Shown here in pieces: positions 26,074 to 32,000 of a stretch of 32,000 nt of DNA. The DNA is taken from assembly GCA_947623955.1 (NCBI GenBank), contig CANQIP010000005.1:1142-33141 (forward strand), in the 5' to 3' direction. The first letter of the stretch is position 1; each line of letters starts with the position of its first letter. Made by a program: the position numbers and the translations under genes. Under the pieces are notes generated by a model that was given only the letters and a program-made list of their open reading frames with translations, was not told the origin of the DNA and did no database searches. The stretch comes from an uncultured Clostridia bacterium (GTDB taxonomy: Bacteria > Bacillota > Clostridia > UBA1381).

Positions 26074-26515
26074 ATGTGCGACATGGACGAACGAAAACGG
26101 GCAGGATGACCTTGTATGGACTGATATGGTAAATACGTCCCCGGGAATATGGAAATTATATATTCATTTTTCAGAGCATGGTAAAAACACTCCATATGCA
26201 AATGACATATATGCCTATGATACTTTTCAGAAAGAATCAAAATGTTACAGTGTTCCGTTTGATTATTGGGATTTGAACGCTTTTCCGTTTGCGATATATA
26301 AATATAATGACCATATAAATGTGATAAATCTTGCATCAACTTCAAAAAATGCGGCTGTTATCTTCGCAAAATATGACGGTTCAAAACTTGTTGATTCAAG
26401 TTTCAGCAATGAAAGTTTTACGTCGGGAGAAAGAAAAAGCTATTCAAAATCGGGAAATGAATACAAAGTGCTCATATGGAACAGCCTTACGGGAATGAAA
26501 CCGTTGACGCAGTAA
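26074..26515 (+). pseudogene. 3' fragment of the CHAP/Bsp-repeat hydrolase gene
   Basis: It begins (C)ATWTNENGQDDLVWTDMVNTSPGIWKLYIHFSEHGK...DIYAYD, which completes the repeat broken at 19371. It has no RBS or signal peptide of its own. Confidence 0.75.
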
Positions 26516-26525
26516 TAGCCGCTGT

Positions 26526-26561
26526 AAAAAATACCACCCTCATAAAGAGAGTGGTATTTTT
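26526..26561. terminator. Bidirectional terminator between the CHAP 3' fragment and recR
   Basis: Hairpin aaaaataccac-(13 nt)-gtggtattttt. Confidence 0.65.
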
Positions 26562-26563
26562 CT

Positions 26564-27160
26564 TTACATTATCTGTCTGCCTTCGAGTGCCTTTACGAGC
26601 GTTATTTTATCGGCGTATTCTATGTCGCTGCCGACGGGTATGCCGTGAGCGATACGCGTCACCTTAACGTCGAACGGCGCGAGCAGCTTTGATATATACA
26701 CCGCCGTTGCCGTACCGTTGACGGTCGGGTTTGTTGCCATAATGACCTCTTTGACCTTACCGTCCGCGAGCCTTAAAAGCAGCTCGTTTATCTTTATGTC
26801 GTCGGGCGTTATGCCGTCCATCGGCGACAGCGCGCCGTGAAGAACGTGGTAAAGACCGTTGTACTCGTTCGTTGACTCTATCGCCGAAACGTCCTCGGGG
26901 CTTTCTACAACGCATATAACCGACGCGTCGCGTTTCGGTGACGCGCAGATTTTACAGGGCGATGTGTCGGTGAGGTTTTGGCACACCGTGCAAAACTTTA
27001 TCTTTTCTTTCGCCTCGGTTATGCACAAAGCCATATTTTTAGCCTCGTCCGCGCTCATGCGCTCCAGAATATGGAACGCTATTCTCTCCGCGCTCCTCCT
27101 GCCTATACCGGGAAGTCCCTCAAATTTTTCTATCAGATTTTCTATAGCCGTCGCGTGCAT
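26564..27160 (-). CDS. recR: Recombination protein RecR
   Basis: LIEKFEGLPGIGRRSAERIAFH (HhH), a C4 zinc finger CTVCQNLTD..CKIC and a Toprim region. Confidence 0.95.
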   Translation of the reverse strand: MHATAIENLIEKFEGLPGIGRRSAERIAFHILERMSADEAKNMALCITEAKEKIKFCTVCQNLTDTSPCKICASPKRDASVICVVESPEDVSAIESTNEYNGLYHVLHGALSPMDGITPDDIKINELLLRLADGKVKEVIMATNPTVNGTATAVYISKLLAPFDVKVTRIAHGIPVGSDIEYADKITLVKALEGRQIM

Positions 27161-27164
27161 CGTA

Positions 27165-27518
27165 TCAGAAAAGTCCGGGGATATTTATTCCGCCTGTTAT
27201 GGCGCTCATACCCTCCGCCATCATGTCCTCAGCCTTCTTTATAGCGTCGTTTACCGCTACAATAACGAGATCTTCAAGTGTCTCAACGTCCTCGGGGTCA
27301 ACCGCCTCGGGATTGATTTTAAGCGAGAGGATTTCTTTCTTGCCGTTGGCTGTTACCGTTACCATGCCGCCGCCCGCGGTTGCCTCAACGGTCTTTTCCT
27401 CTATCTCCGCCTGAACCTTCTCCATTTCTTCCTGCATCTTCTGCGCCTGCTTAACCACGTTTGACACGTTTCTGTTCTGGTTCATGCCTGCGCCCGCAAA
27501 TCCTTTGTACTTACCCAT
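27165..27518 (-). CDS. ybaB: YbaB/EbfC-family nucleoid-associated protein
   Basis: 117 aa containing VVKQAQKMQEEMEKVQAEIE...GGGMVTVTANG. Conserved dnaX-ybaB-recR order. Confidence 0.9.
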   Translation of the reverse strand: MGKYKGFAGAGMNQNRNVSNVVKQAQKMQEEMEKVQAEIEEKTVEATAGGGMVTVTANGKKEILSLKINPEAVDPEDVETLEDLVIVAVNDAIKKAEDMMAEGMSAITGGINIPGLF

Positions 27519-27551
27519 AAATTTATACCTCTTTCCGATTTGATTTTTAAT

Positions 27552-29393
27552 TTATTCGTCATCGTCGGGCGGCAATTCGCCCTCCTCAAGAAATTCCTCT
27601 CTGTCGTTGTCGTCATCGGCGAACGATGACTGCGAGAAGTCTTCGTCGTCAGCCGTATAACCCACAAACTCGCTCTCGTCCGCGTTCTCTATAATTTCGC
27701 CGAAGTTTTGCATCAGATTGTCAATCGGGTCTTTTGAAACGGGCTTTCCCTCGCCCGCGTCCCCGCCTGCGGACGACTGCAGTCCCCATATGTCGGGGAG
27801 CTCGTCGGGAAGCTCGTTTTCATACGCGACCTTGACAATATAATCCGTGCCGCTTGCGCGTTTGAAAACCTGCGTCAGCTTGTCCTTATAGTTGGCGGCT
27901 ATCATATACGTTCCGCCCTCGTTGTTTTTAAATATCAATATAATGCCGTCGTTGTCAATCGTGATGTTCCTGTTGCGCAGCGCAGCCGTCAGATAACCCG
28001 CCGAGCGTATCATCACACGCGATATATTGTCCCAGTTACGCGCCGCCTTCACAAGCGGATGGTCGGCTGTAAGCTCGTATTCGGGAATGGGATTGTAGAG
28101 CCGTATCGGCACTTTTTTCTTTTCCGCAGGCTGCGGCTTGTCGCCGAGCGCGTTTTGCTCTGGTTTAACCGTTACGCCGTTTTTTACTTTATCTTCAAGC
28201 TTTTTAATACGATTTTCAAGCGGCGTCGTGTCCGTAACTGCTCCGCCCGCAACCTTCGTTTCAAGCGATGTAAGCCTGTCCATAAGCGCCTCGGGAGCAG
28301 TGTCAAATTCGGGGCGCGATATTTTAATGAGCGCAAGTTCGTATATAATCCTCGGCATTCTCACCCACTTCGCGTCGGCAGCCGCATCGGACAGAACCGT
28401 CACGGCATGCGACAGCTTTTCAAACGAAACTCTGTCCGCGAGCGACTTTAATTTTATCATATCCTCGGCGTTTAAGTCAAGTATTCCCTCGCTTTTATCT
28501 GTCACCTTGCACAGCATCATATCGCGGAAATTCTTTATAAGGCTGTCCATAAACACCTTTAAGTCTTTGCCCTCGGACAGCACGCCGTCTATGACCGAAA
28601 TTATCCCCGCCGCGTCGCCGTCTATCACGTATTCCGTTATTTTAAATATGCTGTCGGCGGTGGAAATGCCGAGCACGGACGTTATGCTTTCAGCCGTAAC
28701 GCTCGACCCCTCCGCCAATACAACTCTTTCAAGGATACTGAGTCCGTCTCTCATCGAGCCATCCGCAAGACGGGCGAGCATTTTGTAAGCGTCCTCGGTA
28801 ATCTTAAAGCCTTCGCCGTGCGCTATCTCCTTCATTCTTAGGATTATGTCCGACGGCATTATACGCCTGAAATCGAATCGCTGACAGCGCGACAGAATTG
28901 TCTGCGGAACTTTGTGCGCCTCGGTTGTGGCGAGAATGAATATTACGTGTTCGGGTGGTTCTTCGAGCGTTTTCAAAAGAGCGTTGAACGCGCCGGAGCT
29001 GAGCATATGCACCTCGTCGATAATGTACACGGTGTACTTCGCCGCGGTTGAAACGTAATTTACGTCGTCGCGTATTTCGCGGATATTGTCAACGCCGTTG
29101 TTCGACGCGGCGTCTATTTCCTTAACGTCCATAATGCTGCCGTCGAGTATGCCACGGCATATCTCGCACTCGTTGCACGGACTTCCGTCCACGGGGTGCA
29201 GGCAGTTTACGGCGCGTGAAAACACTTTTGCGCACGTCGTTTTGCCCGTGCCGCGCGTGCCGCAGAAAAGGTAGGCATGTCCGACCTTGCCGCCGATTAT
29301 CTGGTTTTTCAGCGTCCTTGTGATATGCGTCTGACCCACAATATCCTCAAACACCATGGGCCGCCATTTACGGTAAATCGCCTGATGTTCCAT
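27552..29393 (-). CDS. dnaX: DNA polymerase III subunits gamma/tau
   Basis: YRKWRPMVFEDIVGQ, Walker A GTRGTGKTT, a Zn module and DEVHMLS. I chose the start at 29393 (MEHQAIY, RBS GGAAGGAGAG) because the track start at 29423 overlaps the upstream RNA terminator. Confidence 0.93.
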   Translation of the reverse strand: MEHQAIYRKWRPMVFEDIVGQTHITRTLKNQIIGGKVGHAYLFCGTRGTGKTTCAKVFSRAVNCLHPVDGSPCNECEICRGILDGSIMDVKEIDAASNNGVDNIREIRDDVNYVSTAAKYTVYIIDEVHMLSSGAFNALLKTLEEPPEHVIFILATTEAHKVPQTILSRCQRFDFRRIMPSDIILRMKEIAHGEGFKITEDAYKMLARLADGSMRDGLSILERVVLAEGSSVTAESITSVLGISTADSIFKITEYVIDGDAAGIISVIDGVLSEGKDLKVFMDSLIKNFRDMMLCKVTDKSEGILDLNAEDMIKLKSLADRVSFEKLSHAVTVLSDAAADAKWVRMPRIIYELALIKISRPEFDTAPEALMDRLTSLETKVAGGAVTDTTPLENRIKKLEDKVKNGVTVKPEQNALGDKPQPAEKKKVPIRLYNPIPEYELTADHPLVKAARNWDNISRVMIRSAGYLTAALRNRNITIDNDGIILIFKNNEGGTYMIAANYKDKLTQVFKRASGTDYIVKVAYENELPDELPDIWGLQSSAGGDAGEGKPVSKDPIDNLMQNFGEIIENADESEFVGYTADDEDFSQSSFADDDNDREEFLEEGELPPDDDE

Positions 29394-29461
29394 ACCCTTC
29401 TCTCCTTCCCGCGTCTTTAACATGAAAAAACGCCGTTATGGCGCGTTGTTGTCTTATAAAA

Positions 29462-29575
29462 GGCTCCGACCGAGGTTACCGCAACACATCGAACGCACTG
29501 CTTATTGCTGCTTGGTTCCCCATCTGACAAGGTTCGCAGGTTTCAATCGCGCGGGCTCGGTCATCATCGCCTACC
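29462..29575 (-). ncRNA. ffs: Signal recognition particle RNA (small 4.5S-type hairpin)
   Basis: A 114-nt extended hairpin folded by hand. The domain-IV-like apex is GUCAGAUGG-GGAA-CCAAGCAGC. A TTGCAG-17-TAGAAT promoter lies upstream and a hairpin plus U-run downstream. The conserved position is upstream of dnaX. Confidence 0.65.
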
Positions 29576-29610
29576 GTTCAAACTATTAAGCTGTTATTCA
29601 ATACTCGTAT

Positions 29611-29639
29611 ATTCTACCACGTTTTTTATAAAACTGCAA
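29611..29639 (-). promoter_or_regulatory. Promoter of the SRP RNA
   Basis: On the minus strand: TTGCAG (29639-29634), 17 nt, TAGAAT (29616-29611), preceded by TGg. Confidence 0.5.
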
Positions 29640-29695
29640 TAGGTAATTTGAATTTTTTTCTTTATATAAAAATCACGCCCCGCTGCTACTGTATT

Positions 29696-30016
29696 TTATT
29701 CTTCTTCTCTCTCAACAGACAGCTTGACAACAACTGTTTTGGTATCGGCGTTGTTCCATATCGAATGAGGTGTCATTCCGTCAACAAAAAGCGACTCGTT
29801 CTTTTTCACTGTCACGCTTTCCTCGCCCAAAATCACCCTCGCCTCGCCGTCAACAACAATGAACACATGGTTGTCGCTGTGAGTATGATTGCCCGCGGGT
29901 CCTCCGCCGTCCTTTGACAAATAACCTATCGCGCCCCATTTAACCGTGCCGATTTCGTTAAAAAGCGTCTTTGCCAAAAATCCGCTGTGCTCCGGCGGTG
30001 TTATAAAATTCTGCAT
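29696..30016 (-). CDS. Cupin-domain protein
   Basis: 106 aa from the ATG at 30016 (RBS AAGGAGG). Cupin-like GNHTHSDNHVFIVVDGEA ... TPHSIWN. Confidence 0.7.
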   Translation of the reverse strand: MQNFITPPEHSGFLAKTLFNEIGTVKWGAIGYLSKDGGGPAGNHTHSDNHVFIVVDGEARVILGEESVTVKKNESLFVDGMTPHSIWNNADTKTVVVKLSVEREEE

Positions 30017-30086
30017 ATAAAAAACCTCCTTGTATTGTGATATTATCACTATACACCCTGTAGTAACTACAGAGTCAAGAGTTTTT

Positions 30087-30857
30087 TTATTTTATCGGGA
30101 TCCACAATTTCATATATCTTACAAAATCGCTGTTCTCATGCGCCCTCAGCAGCAAATGTCCTATAATATTGCCGGAAATTGTATAGCCCGCACTGTCGGT
30201 ATATTGCCGTATATTTTTATATATGTTATGCGCGAAACAGCCCGACGAGGATTTGATTATCGTACAGAGTGCCTTTTCGCTTTTGAATGTCCGCAATCCC
30301 GTCACATCAAAACCGAATGCCTCCGCCCATTTATCCTCTATCGAAAAACACCAGTTTATTTTTTCTTTTTCTATAAGCAACGTATTTTCCACAAACGGAT
30401 ACGCGTCTATCCACTTGGCGAACTTTTTCGAGCTGCTCATATCATAATCGTAGTCCATGCGATTGACAATGTAATGCAAAACGGGTGGTCGGCATAGAGT
30501 ATATTTGTTCAGATGCTTGTCAATGCCGGATATATCGGAGTTGATTTCGGAAACTTTCTTTTTCAGTAATTGATAATATTTTATCTTATTTTCAATCTCA
30601 TTCTCCTTCATACGCATTCGGCAAAGAACATCACCGACGGTGTCGGTTTGCTGTATGGATAAAATGTCCTGCTGCTTAAATTCGATACTTCTGTATTTTT
30701 TATATTCCAGCATAAAATTAACATCCCATGCCCCGTAATACCGATAGCCGTTATCGGGATTTTTAAAAGGGTGCACAAGCCCCTCGGACTCATAATATCG
30801 TATGGTTTCAACGGGAATATTCAGCAGCTTTGATACCTGCCCTATGGTATAGCTCAT
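30087..30857 (-). CDS. MerR-family transcriptional regulator with a C-terminal effector-binding (GyrI-like) domain
   Basis: MSYTIGQVSKLLNIPVETIRYYESEGLV is a MerR HTH. The C-terminal domain is ~150 aa. Confidence 0.85.
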   Translation of the reverse strand: MSYTIGQVSKLLNIPVETIRYYESEGLVHPFKNPDNGYRYYGAWDVNFMLEYKKYRSIEFKQQDILSIQQTDTVGDVLCRMRMKENEIENKIKYYQLLKKKVSEINSDISGIDKHLNKYTLCRPPVLHYIVNRMDYDYDMSSSKKFAKWIDAYPFVENTLLIEKEKINWCFSIEDKWAEAFGFDVTGLRTFKSEKALCTIIKSSSGCFAHNIYKNIRQYTDSAGYTISGNIIGHLLLRAHENSDFVRYMKLWIPIK

Positions 30858-30982
30858 ATTATCGCCTCTTTTCGACTGTGTTATAAATTACATTATAGCG
30901 TGATTATAAAATATTTTCAAGATAAACAACGTTTTCGCACATTTGAGCGAAGAATTATAACATAATACAGCGATGGTCAAAC

Positions 30983-31021
30983 AAAAAAAAAGAAAACACC
31001 GATAATCACGCAGATTATCAG
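30983..31021 (-). terminator. Terminator downstream of the tmRNA
   Basis: Stem gataatc/gattatc, followed on the minus strand by a long T-run. Confidence 0.55.
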
Positions 31022-31041
31022 CGTTTCCCTTTAAAAGTCAT

Positions 31042-31390
31042 TGGTGGAGCTGAGGAGAATCGAACTCCTGTCCGAAAACAAGTCCGGTCGAACCTCTCCG
31101 AGCGCAGACTGCGGTTAAAATTCCCTTCCGCACCGTTTCGCAGTCTAAGCTATGCGGTCGGTAGCTCCTAAGTCATGGATAAGGTCGGAGCGAGCCTTAA
31201 CTCACGTTCACCGCTTAAAATGATGCCGGCTGCGCGCCGCGGTACTCACGCAGGCGACAACGCCGCAATTAGGCAGCGTAAGCTAATTCTGTATCGTTAG
31301 CGTTTATATTTAAGTTTGAGCTTTTAAGGTGGCGCTCACCACCACTCGCTGTTCGGCGTTCATCGTCCCCGTCGAAGCCATTGCAGCCCC
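31042..31390 (-). ncRNA. ssrA: tmRNA (SsrA), predicted tag ANDTELAYAA
   Basis: On the minus strand the 5' end is GGGGCTGCAATGGCTTCGACGGGG. The 3' end is a tRNA-like GGAGTTCGATTCTCCTCAGCTCCACCA. The internal reading frame is GCT AAC GAT ACA GAA TTA GCT TAC GCT GCC TAA. Confidence 0.9.
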
Positions 31391-31507
31391 ATGTAATTCG
31401 CTATATATTATATCCGTTTACGTGATAAAGTATAACATTTTTACGCCGCGCTGTCAATACATCAATGCCGCTGTTGTATTTTTCTTTCAAAAATTTCAAA
31501 TTAAGAC

Positions 31508-31536
31508 TTGCAATTTAATATTTCTTCTGGTATAAT
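31508..31536 (+). promoter_or_regulatory. Consensus promoter of tRNA-Leu
   Basis: TTGCAA, 17 nt, TATAAT, ending 13 nt before the tRNA. Confidence 0.6.
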
Positions 31537-31549
31537 AGATGAGCAATAT

Positions 31550-31636
31550 GCGGATATGGCGGAATTGGCAGACGCGCTAGATTCAGGTTCTAGTGAGGGT
31601 TCCTTCATGCAGGTTCAAGTCCTGTTATCCGCACCA
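31550..31636 (+). tRNA. tRNA-Leu: tRNA-Leu (anticodon CAG), long variable arm, CCA encoded
   Basis: Acceptor stem GCGGATA/TATCCGC, anticodon stem CTAGA/TCTAG with loop TTCAGGT, and T-loop TTCAAGT. Confidence 0.93.
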
Positions 31637-31645
31637 CGTCGCATT

Positions 31646-31671
31646 AAAAAGCCGCCCGAGGGCGGCTTTTT
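31646..31671. terminator. Bidirectional terminator after tRNA-Leu
   Basis: Hairpin aaaaagccgccc-gag-ggcggcttttt. Confidence 0.8.
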
Positions 31672-31680
31672 ACATTACTG

Positions 31681-32000
31681 TCAATCCATAACCTTTACGC
31701 TTTCTATTGTTCCGGAAGTTTTTACGTACTTTGAGTAGAGGTCGATATCGCGTCCCACGGACAGTTCCGTGCTGTCGTCGAGGACGTAATTATCATCGGA
31801 TTCCCTTCCTACTGCCTGAATGGTAACATAGCAGGTGTAGCGGTCGGGAAGTTCGGGATTAACGACGCGTCCGTCGGCTGTCGTTGACTGCTGCGTTGCG
31901 TTTTCATAGCGCACGTCAACAATTTCTCCCAAGTCTTTTTCGCTTTTTTTATCGGTAATTTTTCCCATTCTTTCAAGCGCGTCAACCGTATACTTTCTCA
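31681..32000 (-). CDS. Hypothetical protein (possibly DUF4330-like), 5' end beyond the window
   Basis: The frame stays open upstream of the listed Met to the window edge. The family guess rests only on a vague recollection of the C-terminal pattern. Confidence 0.4.
   Translation of the reverse strand, partial: RKYTVDALERMGKITDKKSEKDLGEIVDVRYENATQQSTTADGRVVNPELPDRYTCYVTIQAVGRESDDNYVLDDSTELSVGRDIDLYSKYVKTSGTIESVKVMD

Noticed and set aside
29394-29423. Longer dnaX start (MLKTREGEKGMEHQ...)
   Set aside because: That start codon lies within the T-run and hairpin terminating the upstream SRP RNA and lacks an RBS. The internal ATG at 29393 has GGAAGGAGAG.
31329-31738. ORFs 31329-31535 (+) and 31508-31738 (+)
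   Set aside because: They overlap the tmRNA 5' region and the tRNA-Leu gene respectively, and the RNA genes explain the sequence.
1-32000. CRISPR arrays, rRNA genes, IS transposases with terminal inverted repeats
   Set aside because: I found no regularly spaced direct repeats, no rRNA-like conserved stretches and no DDE/transposase-like ORFs on either strand.

Overview
Chromosomal window of roughly 50% GC by eye, from a spore-forming Firmicute. Gene content and order look Clostridia-like: rbgA, mtaB, efp, sigK, metA, recR-ybaB-dnaX with an upstream SRP RNA, tmRNA and two tRNAs. Core genes are interleaved with visibly AT-richer accessory DNA. Four points stand out. (1) A compact ~7.4 kb integrase-bearing element sits in the terminator hairpin of tRNA-Arg(CCG), flanked by a 14-nt repeat. 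It carries an XRE switch region, small membrane proteins, a YHYH-motif membrane protein and a ~1050-aa multidomain 'polyvalent'-type protein. (2) A ~6.7 kb inversion (19378-26073), with breakpoints on a 7-nt inverted core, has reciprocally split two genes: the element's YHYH gene and a CHAP/Bsp-repeat cell-wall hydrolase gene. The inverted segment carries the integrase, tRNA-Arg, metA, a YARHG protein gene and sigK. (3) The 2132-codon ORF in the track is a read-through chimera. It joins the element's terminal gene to a separately promoted secreted SGNH esterase gene. (4) A BlaI/M56 (sensor-less BlaR1-like) operon ends in two tandem paralogues that share a ~210-nt near-identical 5' module but have diverged ectodomains. 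I saw no CRISPR array, rRNA or IS transposase. All family assignments were made by eye from motifs and recalled homologues; no database search was possible.
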